Of a stretch of DNA of 64,000 bases, positions 10,238 to 20,000 are shown piece after piece; within the stretch, counting starts at the first letter, position 1; each line of letters begins with the position of its first letter. The notes under the pieces were generated by a model. The model worked only from the letters and a program-made list of their open reading frames with translations. It ran no database searches and had not been told where the DNA came from. The translations under genes and the position numbers were made by a program. Where the stretch lies: NCBI GenBank assembly GCA_963666565.1, contig OY762911.1, positions 1,792,001-1,856,000 on the forward strand, read 5' to 3'. Source of the stretch: Thermoanaerobaculia bacterium. GTDB lineage: Bacteria > Acidobacteriota > Thermoanaerobaculia > Multivoradales > Multivoraceae.

Positions 10238-11874
10238 GCGGCGAACTCTCGGTTCGGGCGGCGGCTCGGGAAGAGCCGGCCGGAACGGCGCTGGTCGACG
10301 GCGGCCGCGAGATCGGCTGGGCGGAACTGGCGCGCCGGGCGGAGCGAACGCTCGCGGCGTTGCGGCGGTGCGCGGACGGGCGGGAAGCGCCGGTCGTCGC
10401 CGTCGTTGCCGGGACGGGGCCGGAGACCGTGACGGCCCTGCTCGCGCTCCTGGAGGACGGGACGCGCTTCGTGCTGCTGCACCCCCGCTGGACCCGTGCC
10501 GAGCGCGCCCGGGCGATCGCGATGGCCGGGGCGTGCCTGTGCATCGAGAGCGGCGGCGCCATCGTGCCGGCGGAGGCGTCCGGCCCGGCCGGCGGCCGGG
10601 ATCCCGCGTCGTCGCCTCGACACGGCGGGATCCCCGAGGGCGCGGCGATCGTCTTCACGTCCGGCACGGCAGGCGCTCCCCGGGGGGTTGTCCTGAGCCG
10701 GGCGGCGCTGCTCGCGTCGGCCCGCTCCCACCGCGAGGTCCTGTGCTGGCGCGCGGACGACCGCTGGTTGCTCAGCTTGCCCGCCGCGCATGTGGGCGGC
10801 CTGATGATCGTCGTCCGCTGCCTCCAGGCGCGGCGGGCGGTCGTCGTGGGCGGCCGCGGCGCGGACGGCGCCTTCGACGCGGGGAGGATGCTGGAGGTCG
10901 TCGAGCGCGACCGGGTTACCCTGCTGTCCGTCGTGCCGACGATGCTCCAGCGGATGTTCCGGGCGCGGCGGCGGCCGCCGGCGAGCCTGCGGTCGGTGCT
11001 CGTTGGCGGCGCGGCGGCGCCGCCGGCGCTGATGGTCGAGGCCAGGGAGTTCGGTTGGCCGGTGCTGGCGACCTACGGCCTGACGGAGGCGTGTTCGCAG
11101 GTCGCGACGGAGCGGCCGGGCGACCCGCTCGGCGGCATCGGACGGGCGGTGCCGGGCGTCGAACTCGCCGTTGGCGCGCCCGACCGGGAACTCGCGCGCG
11201 TCGCGGTCCCGGGCGCCGATGGAGGCGCCGTCGCCGGCGCCGCGGCGCGGGCGGACAGCGGGACGGCGGGGGCACCCGACCGCCGCGCGTCTCTCGCGGG
11301 GGGCGCCGGGCCGATCCGGATTCGCGGGCCGATCCTGTTCGAGGGCTATCTGGGCGACGAGCCGGGCGCTCCGCTGGAACGGCCGTTCGATCCGGACGGC
11401 TGGTTCGATACCGGCGATCTCGGGACCCTCGACGGCCGGGGCCGGCTGAGCGTCGCCGGCCGCCGGTCCGACCGGATCGTGACCGGCGGCGAGAACGTGG
11501 ATCCGCTGGAAGTCGAAGCGGCCGTTCTCGAATGGCCCGGCGCGGCCGCGGCCTGCGTCGTCGGCCTGGAGGACGAGGAGTGGGGCGAGCGGGTGGGCGC
11601 CGTCCTCGTGCCTGCGGCCGGGTTCGAGGCGCTTGGCGGGCTGGCGGGACTCGAGCGGCGCCTCGACGCACTCCTGGCGGGGTTCAAGCTGCCGCGGCGC
11701 TGGAGCGTCGTGCGCGAGCTTCCCGTGGCCGCTTCGGGCAAGGTGGACCGCGGCGCCTGCGCCCGGCTCCTGGCCGAGGGCGAACTGGAGACGGCAAGGG
11801 GCACCTCGCGCGCCGAGATGGAACGCTTCGCCGCGCTGGCCCCGAACCCGCCAACCGGGGGGAGCGAAAGGTGA
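10234..11874 (+). CDS. menE: o-succinylbenzoate-CoA ligase (start uncertain, CTG at the menA stop overlap)
   Basis: FTSGTAGAPRGV, HVGGL, TYGLTEACSQ, WFDTGDLG, TGGENV, EEWGE and SGKVDR. Confidence 0.87.
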   Translation: MSGELSVRAAAREEPAGTALVDGGREIGWAELARRAERTLAALRRCADGREAPVVAVVAGTGPETVTALLALLEDGTRFVLLHPRWTRAERARAIAMAGACLCIESGGAIVPAEASGPAGGRDPASSPRHGGIPEGAAIVFTSGTAGAPRGVVLSRAALLASARSHREVLCWRADDRWLLSLPAAHVGGLMIVVRCLQARRAVVVGGRGADGAFDAGRMLEVVERDRVTLLSVVPTMLQRMFRARRRPPASLRSVLVGGAAAPPALMVEAREFGWPVLATYGLTEACSQVATERPGDPLGGIGRAVPGVELAVGAPDRELARVAVPGADGGAVAGAAARADSGTAGAPDRRASLAGGAGPIRIRGPILFEGYLGDEPGAPLERPFDPDGWFDTGDLGTLDGRGRLSVAGRRSDRIVTGGENVDPLEVEAAVLEWPGAAAACVVGLEDEEWGERVGAVLVPAAGFEALGGLAGLERRLDALLAGFKLPRRWSVVRELPVAASGKVDRGACARLLAEGELETARGTSRAEMERFAALAPNPPTGGSER

Positions 11875-13256
11875 CCGTCGACGGCGCGGTGGCGGAGTTC
11901 CGCGAGCGGTTCGGCCTGGAGCGGCGGCTTCGCCCCTTCGAGCCGCTTCGCTACAGGGCGAGCGACGCCGGGACTCCGGCGCTTCACCTGGACGACTTCG
12001 CGGCGATTCCGTTCCTCGATGGCGTGAGCGGCGTCGAGCACTACCAGCACCGCGCCCGGCTGCGGGCGCGCGAGGGCGACCTGTACGCGGCCTCGACGCC
12101 GCCGTCACCCGGCTACGAGCGCTACTGCCGGGAGGTTCTCGGGCTCGGCGCTGTGGACTTCCTGGCTGTCGATCCCGCCGGCGACCGCCTGGCGATAGCC
12201 CGCGCGTGCGCCGGCGACCGCTCGATCCGCGGGCGGCTCGGAGCGCTCGCCCGCGAGGGCGGCCTCGTCGTGGAGCCCTTCCTGGGCGTCGAGGCGGTCT
12301 GGGACCTGGCGGCGGCCGTGGCGGCCGATGCCGGAGCGCGGGTGCGGGTGCTCGCGCCGCCGCCGCCGGTGACGTGGATCGCCAACGACAAGGCGAACTT
12401 CGAGGACCTGGTCGGGGCGGTCCTCGGCCCCGGCTTCCTGCCGGAGAGCCGCCGGTCGGCGTCGGCCGAGGAGCTGGCCCGCGCGCTGCTCGAACTCGCG
12501 GAGACCGGGCCGTCCGTGGCGCTCAAGCGGCTGCGCTGCTCCTCGGCCATGGGCAACGAGGTGTTCGAGTCCGCGGCGCTGCGCCGTCGCGGCTTCCGCG
12601 GCGTCCTGGAGACCGTTCGGGGTTTCCTGGAACGGACCGGCTGGAAGGGCGGCGAGGAGGTGCTCGCGGTTCGCTGGGAGCGGGCCGTGTCGTCGCCTTC
12701 GACCCAGTGGTGGCTGCCGCCTCCCGGGGGCGGCGCGCCGATCCTGGGCGGCGTCTACGAGCAGATCCTGGCGGGAGAGGAGGGCGTCTTCGTCGGCAGC
12801 CGGCCGAGCGGGCTTCCCGCCGGGGTGGAACGGCGGATCGTCTCCCACTCGGGCCGGGTGGCTGCCGCCCTGCAGGGCCTGGGCTACGTGGGCCGCTGTT
12901 CGTTCGACCATCTGGTGCTGCCGGACGACCGGGTCCTCTTCACGGAGTGCAACGGCCGCTGGGGCGGCACGAGCACGCCGATGAACCTGGTCGACCGGCT
13001 GTTCCCGGACGGCCGTCCGCCCTACCAGGCGCAGGACGTGGTGCACCCGGAACTCGCCGGGCTCACCTTCGAGCGGCTGCTGGCGCGGTTCGGCGACTCG
13101 GTGCTCGACCGCGGACCGGGCGAAGGACGGTTCCTTCTCTACAACGTGGGACCGCTTGAGCGGTACGGCAAGTTCGACGTCGTGGCGCTCGGCTCGAGCC
13201 GCGCCCACGTCGAGGAGGCGATGACCGTGGAACTGCCGCGCCTCCTCGGCCTCTGA
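11871..13256 (+). CDS. ATP-grasp protein with an N-terminal pre-ATP-grasp-like region
   Basis: ANDKA, SSAMGN, SPS.Q, YEQIL and GYVGRCSFD..FTECNGRWGG (ExNxR ATP-grasp motif). GTGA overlap with menE. Confidence 0.75.
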   Translation: MTVDGAVAEFRERFGLERRLRPFEPLRYRASDAGTPALHLDDFAAIPFLDGVSGVEHYQHRARLRAREGDLYAASTPPSPGYERYCREVLGLGAVDFLAVDPAGDRLAIARACAGDRSIRGRLGALAREGGLVVEPFLGVEAVWDLAAAVAADAGARVRVLAPPPPVTWIANDKANFEDLVGAVLGPGFLPESRRSASAEELARALLELAETGPSVALKRLRCSSAMGNEVFESAALRRRGFRGVLETVRGFLERTGWKGGEEVLAVRWERAVSSPSTQWWLPPPGGGAPILGGVYEQILAGEEGVFVGSRPSGLPAGVERRIVSHSGRVAAALQGLGYVGRCSFDHLVLPDDRVLFTECNGRWGGTSTPMNLVDRLFPDGRPPYQAQDVVHPELAGLTFERLLARFGDSVLDRGPGEGRFLLYNVGPLERYGKFDVVALGSSRAHVEEAMTVELPRLLGL

Positions 13257-13258
13257 CC

Positions 13259-13594
13259 TCAGGCCGGCGCGGAAGAGGTCGTGATGTCGGCGCGGAGGCT
13301 GCGGTCGAGCGCCTCGCTCATCTGGCGCAGGCGCTCCGCTTCGGCCGAGGACAGCACGCCGCCGTCTTCGCAGGCCCCGATCGTCGAGGTCATCTCGTTC
13401 AGCCGGTCGAGCGCTTCGTCCGGCGCGGCGCGCCGTTCCGGCGACGCGTGAGCGGCGGCGAACAGGAGCGTCGAGAGCGTCAGCGCGAGCCGGCGCAGGC
13501 GCTGCCGCGGCGGCGCCGGGGCGGACCCCGGCTCGGCGGTCGCGTCGTAGACGTCTGCCAGCAGGATGCGCGACAGTGCGTATGCGTCCTTCAT
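13259..13594 (-). CDS. small helical protein, resembling four-helix-bundle proteins
   Basis: ATG preceded by GGAG. Amphipathic helices (AYALSRILLADVY..T, QRLRRLALT). Confidence 0.55.
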   Translation of the reverse strand: MKDAYALSRILLADVYDATAEPGSAPAPPRQRLRRLALTLSTLLFAAAHASPERRAAPDEALDRLNEMTSTIGACEDGGVLSSAEAERLRQMSEALDRSLRADITTSSAPA

Positions 13595-13752
13595 CTCCCC
13601 GTTCGCCTTTCCCCGGTCCGGCGTCCGGCCGTTCCGGGAGTCACCACTGGTTACAACGACCGGGAGGCCCGGTTGGTTTCCGGGCCGCCGGTTCCCGATC
13701 TGCCGGCAGGGGCTTCCGGACTCCGCGGCGTTTGGCTGGGGAGCGCGCCGGC

Positions 13753-14637
13753 CTACAGCCGATCGACCACCTTCATCTGCAGGACGCGACGCTCGGTGCC
13801 CAGCCGTACCGCGGTTAGCGTACCGCCCCAGACGCAGCCGGTGTCAAGCGCGACCAGATCCGGCTCGAGGCGCAGGCCGAGGGCGGCCCAGTGGCCGCAG
13901 ACGACAGTGCGTCCCGCGCAAGCGCGGGGGACGGCGCGGAACCACGGTTCGAGCCCGGCGGGCGCGTCTTCGGGCGGGCCGTTGAAGTCGTGCGGTGCGG
14001 CCTCGGCGTCGAGCATCCGCATCCGGGTGAACGCGGCCAGCGCGGCTCGGTCCTGCACGCTGGCCCCGGTCGTCCCGGTCCGTCGCGGCCGAGCGGAAGT
14101 CGAGTATGTTGGGGCCGTTTCCCGAACCGACGGTCGGCGATCTTCGTGGCTGCGCTCGCTGCGCAGCAGGCTCCGCGCGTGGGGGCCCCGGAGCAGTCGT
14201 TCCAGTCGTTCGCTCGACTCCAGCGTCTTCTTCGCCGACCAGCCGGGCGGCAGGCCGGCGTGGACGAGGACGTAGTCGCGGTCGGCTACCCGCTCGCAGT
14301 GGACGAAGGGCCGCCGGCGCAGCCACTCGACCAGGTCGCCGCCGTCGTCGGCCCGCAGGACCTCTTCCAGCGTGTCGCGCGGCCGCGCCTCCGTGACTCC
14401 GAGATGCCGGGCGATCAGGTGCAGATCGTGGTTGCCGAGTACGACCCGGAAGCGGTCGCCCAGGTCGCGGTCCATCGCCCGCGCCCAGCGGAGGACTTCG
14501 AGCGATCGGGGCCCGCGGTTCACGAGATCGCCGACCATCCAGAGGCGATCCCGCCGGAGACCGAGATCGATCCGCTCGGTCAACGCCTCCAGCGTCCGGA
14601 AGCAGCCGTGGACGTCGCCGATTGCCCAAGTCGCCAA
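13753..14637 (-). CDS. apaH: symmetrical bis(5'-nucleosyl)-tetraphosphatase
   Basis: IGDVHGC, VGDLVNRGP.SLEVLR, LGNHDLHL, VHAGL, FTRMR, GHWAALG and LDTGCVWGG. Confidence 0.92.
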   Translation of the reverse strand: MATWAIGDVHGCFRTLEALTERIDLGLRRDRLWMVGDLVNRGPRSLEVLRWARAMDRDLGDRFRVVLGNHDLHLIARHLGVTEARPRDTLEEVLRADDGGDLVEWLRRRPFVHCERVADRDYVLVHAGLPPGWSAKKTLESSERLERLLRGPHARSLLRSERSHEDRRPSVRETAPTYSTSARPRRTGTTGASVQDRAALAAFTRMRMLDAEAAPHDFNGPPEDAPAGLEPWFRAVPRACAGRTVVCGHWAALGLRLEPDLVALDTGCVWGGTLTAVRLGTERRVLQMKVVDRL

Positions 14638-14704
14638 TTGGATTCCCTGAAGTTGTCTCTAGCGGTTTCCGCCGCGCCGACCCGCGGGGAACGGGCCACG
14701 TGTC

Positions 14705-14780
14705 GGTACGCCGGCCTTCCGGCCGGCGCGTCTCCCTGGCCGCCTTCGGCGGCAGCCGGCGAGGACGCCGGTGCACCCAG
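14705..14780. repeat. pair of inverted REP-like palindromes
   Basis: GGTAC-GCCGGCC-TTCC-GGCCGGC at 14705-14727. Opposite copy 14755-14780 (revcomp CTGGGTGC-ACCGGCG-TCCT-CGCCGGC). 14738-14754 is identical to 20104-20120. Confidence 0.75.
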
Positions 14781-14838
14781 TGTGAGACGCCCTGCCACTC
14801 TGGCGGCCAGTTCCATGCACGGGCGCCCGATCGAGGTG

Positions 14839-16170
14839 CTAGTCGACGATGGCTTGGTACGTCAGGCTCTGAAGGTCTTGGCGGATGTTCAGGTGGGTGT
14901 AGGGCCGCACCTGGGTCATCAGGATGCCGATCAGTTCCTCCGCGGGATCGACCCAGAAGACGGTGCAGAACGCGCCGCCCCAGGAGTAGGACCCGACGGA
15001 CGCCGGCATCGCCGAGGCGCCCTTGTCGGTCACCACGCTGTAGCCGAGGCCGAAGCCGTAGCCGGGACCGCGCAGCCAGAGGCCGTTGTCGCCGGTGTGG
15101 TTCGACGTCATCAGTTCGACCGTCTTGCGGCCGAGGATGCGCTCGCCGTCCAGCTCGCCGCCGTTCAGCATCATCTGGTGGAAGCGGTAGTAGTCGGCCG
15201 CGGTGGAGACCAGGCCGCCGGAACCGCTGAAGTACCTGTGGGGCTCGCGCACGTGCCGGGCGTCGGTGTCCGGCGCCTCGGTGAGGACGATCCTGCCGTC
15301 CTCGCCCGGCCGGTAGAGCGCGGCGAAGCGGCCGACCTTCGACTCGGGCAGGTAGAAGTACGTGTCGACCATGCCCAGGGGCTCGAAGATGCGCTCCTTC
15401 AGATACTCGTCCAGGGTCTGGCCGGACAGGACCTCGACCATCCGCCCGACGACGTCGACGGACGGGCCGTACTGCCAGGCGTCGCCGGGGTTAAACTCGA
15501 GCGGCAACTCGGCGAGGGCGGCGACGAAGTCGCCGACCGTCCATTCTGGGTCGCGCTCGTTGCGCAGCTTGGCGTAGTCGGCGGTCAGCAGCCCGCGGTA
15601 GCTGTTCGCGAAGCCGGCGGTGTGGGTCAGGATGTGCTGGACCGTGATCGGCCGCGCCGCCTGGACGAGCTTGTAGGGGGCGCCCAGGTACTCGTCGGCG
15701 TCGGGAACCGTCGCGACCCGCATCTCGGCGAACTCGGGCAGGTACTTCGCGATCGGATCCCGAAGCTGGAACCGACCCTCCTCGTAGAGCGTCATCAGCG
15801 CGACGGAGGCGATCGGCTTGGTCATCGAGGCGATTCGGAAGATCGTGTCCCGGGTCATCGGGGCGCCTTCCTCGGTCCAGCGTTCGCCCTGGGCTTCGAA
15901 GTGGACGACCTTGCCGCGGCGTGCGACGAGAGTCACGGTGCCGGCGACCTGCCCGCGGTCGATGTAGGCGCCGACCGCCTCGGAGAGCCGCTTGAGACGC
16001 TCGCTCGACATGCCGGCGCTCTCCGGTTCGGTGATCGGCAGCGGAGACGGCGCCGCCTGGTCGGCCGCCGCGGTCGGCGGGGCGGCCACTGCGGTGCCGG
16101 CGAACAGGCCGGCGAGGAGGAACGCGGCGGCGGGCAGCACGGGGACACGGCTACGTCGGTCGAGGATCAT
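14839..16170 (-). CDS. secreted serine hydrolase (beta-lactamase-related)
   Basis: Signal peptide; FRIASMTK (SxxK), LTHTAG, PG..WQYG and WGG. Confidence 0.9.
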   Translation of the reverse strand: MILDRRSRVPVLPAAAFLLAGLFAGTAVAAPPTAAADQAAPSPLPITEPESAGMSSERLKRLSEAVGAYIDRGQVAGTVTLVARRGKVVHFEAQGERWTEEGAPMTRDTIFRIASMTKPIASVALMTLYEEGRFQLRDPIAKYLPEFAEMRVATVPDADEYLGAPYKLVQAARPITVQHILTHTAGFANSYRGLLTADYAKLRNERDPEWTVGDFVAALAELPLEFNPGDAWQYGPSVDVVGRMVEVLSGQTLDEYLKERIFEPLGMVDTYFYLPESKVGRFAALYRPGEDGRIVLTEAPDTDARHVREPHRYFSGSGGLVSTAADYYRFHQMMLNGGELDGERILGRKTVELMTSNHTGDNGLWLRGPGYGFGLGYSVVTDKGASAMPASVGSYSWGGAFCTVFWVDPAEELIGILMTQVRPYTHLNIRQDLQSLTYQAIVD

Positions 16171-16233
16171 GGGCGACTCCCTGAGATTGTGGCTGTGGTC
16201 TTCGGGGCTTGACGGTTCGACGCCTCGCGCTGG

Positions 16234-19116
16234 TCATCGTCTGGCTCTGGGCGTCAGCGTCGTCGTGTGACGTTCGCCGTCGCGCACGTAGACGACTTCG
16301 ATCGGTTCGTCGACCTTCACGGCGTCGAGGGCGTAGGTGTAGTCGTAGATGTTGGCGATCGTCTGGCCGGCGAACTCGACGATCACGTCGCCGCCCTGAA
16401 GCCCCGCCTCGGCGGCCGGGCCGCCCTCCATCACGCCGCCCAGCAGCAGGCCTTCCACCTCGCTGGCGTAGTCGGGGATGGTGCCGGTGTAGGCGCGCAC
16501 GGTGTCGCGGCTGCCGCCCTGCTGGAGCGTCCGCTCGACCTTGGCGAACTCCAGCGGCTCTGCCCGGTTCGCGGCGCGGCGCGCGAGCAGGGCGGCGAAG
16601 CGGGCCACCCGCTCCAGGTCGTCGTAGTTGATGCGGTCCGCCGTGTCGGTCGGCCGGTGGTAGTCCTCGTGGGATCCGCTGAACAGGTTGACGGTCGGAA
16701 CGCCGGCGTTGTTGAAGCTCGAGGTGTCGGTCGGCAGGTACGGGTCGGTCTGCATGCCCAGATCGAAGCCCACCGGGACGTTGGCGGCTTCGACCAGCCC
16801 CGTCCAGTCGGGACTGGAACCGACCGCCTGGACGGTCAGCCGGTTGTCGCGGACGCGGCCGACCATGTCGAGGTTGACGTAGGCCGCGATGTCGTCGGCC
16901 CGGATGACGGCGTCGTCCACGAAGTCCGCCGAGCCCAGCAGGCCCAGTTCCTCGCCCGACCAGAAGGCGAGCGCGACGTTCCGGTCGTGGCCCATTTCCC
17001 GCAACTGGCGCGCGGCCGCGAGCACCGCCGCCGTGCCCGAGGCGTTGTCGTCGGCGCCGAGGTGAATGGCGTCCTTCTCGTCCGGCCGGGCCAGCGAGTT
17101 GCCGCCGCGGCCCCGGCCGAGGTGGTCGTAGTGGGCGCCGACGACGACCCACGGCCTGGCGAGGCTCCCCGCCTTGCCGCCGGGCAGGACGGCGACCACG
17201 TTCCGCGCCGTGCCGCGCTCCCGCTCGATCTCCGTCTTCAGCGCGACGCGGACGGCCGGAAGCTCGAACCCCGCGTTGTGCGGGTTGCCGTCGTCGAAGC
17301 TCTTCTGGATCTCATCGAGTTCGCGGCCTGTGCCGGCGAACAGCGCGTCCGCGACCTCCCCGCCGATGCTGGCGGCGGCGACTCCCGAGCCGGCCGCCGC
17401 GGTGTCGAAGGCCATGGGAATCGTCTCGCCGGCGTTGGGCGAGCGCGGCCCGGTCAGGACGAGAAGCCCCACGGCGCCTGCTTCGCGTGCGGTCAGGGCC
17501 TTGTAGCGGAGCCCCGAGTAGCGGTTGAGGATGGACCGCGCCTCGCCCTCGAGGTCCTCGGGGACGTAGCGCAGGACGACGGCGATCTTGCCGCTGACGT
17601 CGAGCGTGGCGTAGCTGTCGTAGCCGAAGTCCTGGGAATCCGGCACCCGGATGCCGTAACCGGCGAACACGGCCTCGCCTTCGACCTCCGTCGAGTCGGA
17701 GAAGCCGAGCGCCTGGATCTGCGTGTGGTCGCTGAACGCGGCAGCGCCGCCCTCGGTCTCGATGCGGATCGTCGAGCCCGTGTCGCGGGCGCCGGAGGTG
17801 AACTCGAAGTCGAGCAGCAGGTCGTCTTCGCCGGGCAGCGGCTCGGCGCCGAGCGCCGCAAGTTGCTCGGCCAGGTACGCGGCGGCCCGCCGCTCGCCTT
17901 CCGTGCCCGTCAGCCGGCCGCCGAACTCGGGCGAGGCGAGGGTGGTGACGTGGCTCTCGAGCGCTGACCGTGGATCGGCCGGCGTTGCGCCGCGGCCGGA
18001 GGCTTCGCGGTCCGGCGAGGCCGCGAGGGCCGCGAGCGCGGCCTCGTGATTCCAGTCGGCGATGTAGAGCTGGCCGCCGTCGCCGCCGTGGCGGCTGGAG
18101 GTCCACGCGAGCCGGCGGCCGTCCGGCGACGGAACGGGCAGGCCGTCGAAGCGGTCGGTGTAGGTGACGCGGACCGGTTCCTTCGTCCCCTCCGTGTCGA
18201 CGATGAAGACCTCGAAGTTCTCGAAGCCGAGCTTGTTCGAGGCGAAGAAGATGTACTCGCCGGAAGGGTGCTGGTACGGCGCCCAGCTCATCGCGCCGAA
18301 GTCCGTCAACTGCCGCTGGTCCGAGCCGTCCGGATTCATCGACCAGACGTCGGCGACGAGGCCGTCCTCGCTGAAGCGCCGCCAGACGATGCGGGAGCCG
18401 TCGGCGAAGAAGAAGGGGCCGCCGTCGTAGCCGGGCACGTTCGTGAGCCGCGTCTGTTCGCTGCCGTCGGCGCGCATGACGTAGATCTCGCCGAAGTAGG
18501 CGGGATCGACCTCGAGCAGGTTCTCTTCGCGCTCGGAGAGTTCCCGGTTGAAGGCGTCCCGCGTGGAGGCGAAGACGATCCACTCGCCGTCCGGGGAGTA
18601 GGCGCCTTCGGCGTCGTAGCCGCGCGCGCCGGTCAGGCGCCGCGGCTCGCCGCCGGCCATCGGCACTGCGTAGATGTCCATCTCCGGGTCGTAGTCCCAG
18701 GCGTAGCGCCGCTCCTGGCCCGAGGCGCGGAAGTCGAGTTCCTGTTGCTGCAGTTGGGCCGAGCGCGGGTCGTGGTGGGTCGACCCGTACAGGATCTCCG
18801 AGCCGTCCGGGCGAATGAAGGCGCAGGTCGTCTTGCCGATTCCGGTCGAGACTTCCCGGGTGTCGCCGGTGGCCAGATCGAGCAGGTAGATCTGGTAGAA
18901 CGGATTCTCGGGCCGCCGCTCGCTCTGGAAGACGAGCTGGCCGCCGTCGGCGGAGAAGTAGCCCTCGCCCGAGCGCCTGCCTTCGTAGATGAGGCGCCGG
19001 GTTCGTTCCAGGAAGGTGGCTTCGTCGAACTCGCCGTCCGCTGCGGACGCGGCAGTCGGGAGCGCTGCGAGGGCCGCGACGGCGAGCGCGGCGGTTCCGG
19101 CGTGAAGTTTCGGCAC
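16234..19116 (-). CDS. secreted M28 peptidase with TolB-like PD40 repeats, PA and PDZ domains
   Basis: PD40 repeats (YSPDG, GYDGGPFF). M28 motifs GAHYDH, GADDNASG, SGEE, NLDMVG and YH.PTD. C-terminal PDZ (GTIPDY..GPAAEAGLQGGD). GTG start with signal peptide. Confidence 0.9.
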   Translation of the reverse strand: MPKLHAGTAALAVAALAALPTAASAADGEFDEATFLERTRRLIYEGRRSGEGYFSADGGQLVFQSERRPENPFYQIYLLDLATGDTREVSTGIGKTTCAFIRPDGSEILYGSTHHDPRSAQLQQQELDFRASGQERRYAWDYDPEMDIYAVPMAGGEPRRLTGARGYDAEGAYSPDGEWIVFASTRDAFNRELSEREENLLEVDPAYFGEIYVMRADGSEQTRLTNVPGYDGGPFFFADGSRIVWRRFSEDGLVADVWSMNPDGSDQRQLTDFGAMSWAPYQHPSGEYIFFASNKLGFENFEVFIVDTEGTKEPVRVTYTDRFDGLPVPSPDGRRLAWTSSRHGGDGGQLYIADWNHEAALAALAASPDREASGRGATPADPRSALESHVTTLASPEFGGRLTGTEGERRAAAYLAEQLAALGAEPLPGEDDLLLDFEFTSGARDTGSTIRIETEGGAAAFSDHTQIQALGFSDSTEVEGEAVFAGYGIRVPDSQDFGYDSYATLDVSGKIAVVLRYVPEDLEGEARSILNRYSGLRYKALTAREAGAVGLLVLTGPRSPNAGETIPMAFDTAAAGSGVAAASIGGEVADALFAGTGRELDEIQKSFDDGNPHNAGFELPAVRVALKTEIERERGTARNVVAVLPGGKAGSLARPWVVVGAHYDHLGRGRGGNSLARPDEKDAIHLGADDNASGTAAVLAAARQLREMGHDRNVALAFWSGEELGLLGSADFVDDAVIRADDIAAYVNLDMVGRVRDNRLTVQAVGSSPDWTGLVEAANVPVGFDLGMQTDPYLPTDTSSFNNAGVPTVNLFSGSHEDYHRPTDTADRINYDDLERVARFAALLARRAANRAEPLEFAKVERTLQQGGSRDTVRAYTGTIPDYASEVEGLLLGGVMEGGPAAEAGLQGGDVIVEFAGQTIANIYDYTYALDAVKVDEPIEVVYVRDGERHTTTLTPRARR

Positions 19117-19234
19117 GATGATCTCTTTCGACTGTCGACGAACTCGCGAGGCCGCGAGGCCCCGCCCTGGAAGCGGCGTCGGGCGAGTGTATCGACGCTC
19201 CCCGGGCGCGGGCCGACTGCTAGCGCGACGGCCC

Positions 19235-19750
19235 ATGTGGAGCGGCCAGCCGATCTCTGTCCGGTTGCTTCTCGCCGCGCTGCCGCTCGTCGGCTGCGCC
19301 GGTCTGGCGGACCCGATCTCCGCGGCGGTCGTGCCGGCGGCGCCGGGCGGCGTCTACCGGGCCGTCCACGACCTCTACGTGGACGCCGCGGGGCCGCTGC
19401 GCTTCCCGGACGGGGAGGACGCCGTGACGCTCGACCTCGCGGTCGATGACGCGGATGGTGCGCTTGCCGTCGCGGAGGTCGCCCGCGCCGGGCGCGGAAC
19501 GGTGATCGACGTCGCCGCGTCCGGCGGCGGCGGCTTCTCGATCCGCCCGGCGGGCGGGGAGCGGCTGACGCTGTTCGGCATGGGCGGCGCCTCGGAACCC
19601 GGGGACTTCGCCGGCGAGTTGCAGTTCGACCTGTACGTGTTCGGCGACGGCACGGATCCGGCCAGCAGCCTGAAGGTCGGGCTCGACAGCGGCGACCTCG
19701 ATGCCGGCGCCGTCGACCTGCCGTTCGCAAGGCTCACGCCGGGGGAGGGT
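19235..19750 (+). pseudogene. truncated secreted/lipoprotein gene, possibly a carbohydrate-binding-like domain
   Basis: Lipobox-like LPLVGC and a coding-like frame up to ...LKVGLDSGDL...RLTPGE. The frame then runs into repeat-rich, non-coding-like sequence. Confidence 0.5.
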
Positions 19751-19971
19751 CCCGTCGGACGCTCACCCCCTCCCGGAGAATGGTGGGGTAGGGGTTCGCT
19801 TCGGTCGACTGCGCTCCGCCGCACCGTTGGTCGATGGAAGATCATGGGCAGTCGTTTGTCTTCAGCCCGCCGGGACCCTCCCCCCGGACTCCCGTCGCAG
19901 ACTGAGCTGTGGTGGGCGTCACTTGCCTCCAGCCCGCTGGGACCCTCCCTCCGCTCCCCGTCCAGGCTGGA
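19739..19971. repeat. ~20-bp inverted repeat (19739-19758 / 19867-19887) overlapping a degenerate two-copy tandem repeat of ~60-68 bp
   Basis: CCGGGGGAGGGTCCCGTCGG versus CCGCCGGGACCCTCCCCCCGG. The motif TGGGC..GTC..TTG.CT.CAGCCCGC.GGGACCCTCCC occurs at 19845 and 19913. Confidence 0.6.
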
Positions 19972-20000
19972 CGCCGGCTGGGTGCCTGGGTGTACGCGGG

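Noticed and set aside
1772-13256. Apparent long N-terminal extensions or fusions of men genes in the ORF track (e.g. 1092-aa MenD, 1055-aa ATP-grasp)
   Set aside because: The extensions are Arg/Pro/Gly-rich off-frame reads of the upstream gene. True starts sit at the NTGA overlaps.
13595-13752. GC-rich hairpins upstream of the small helical protein as a possible ncRNA or riboswitch
   Set aside because: No conserved aptamer motif was recognised, and such hairpins are expected by chance at this GC content.
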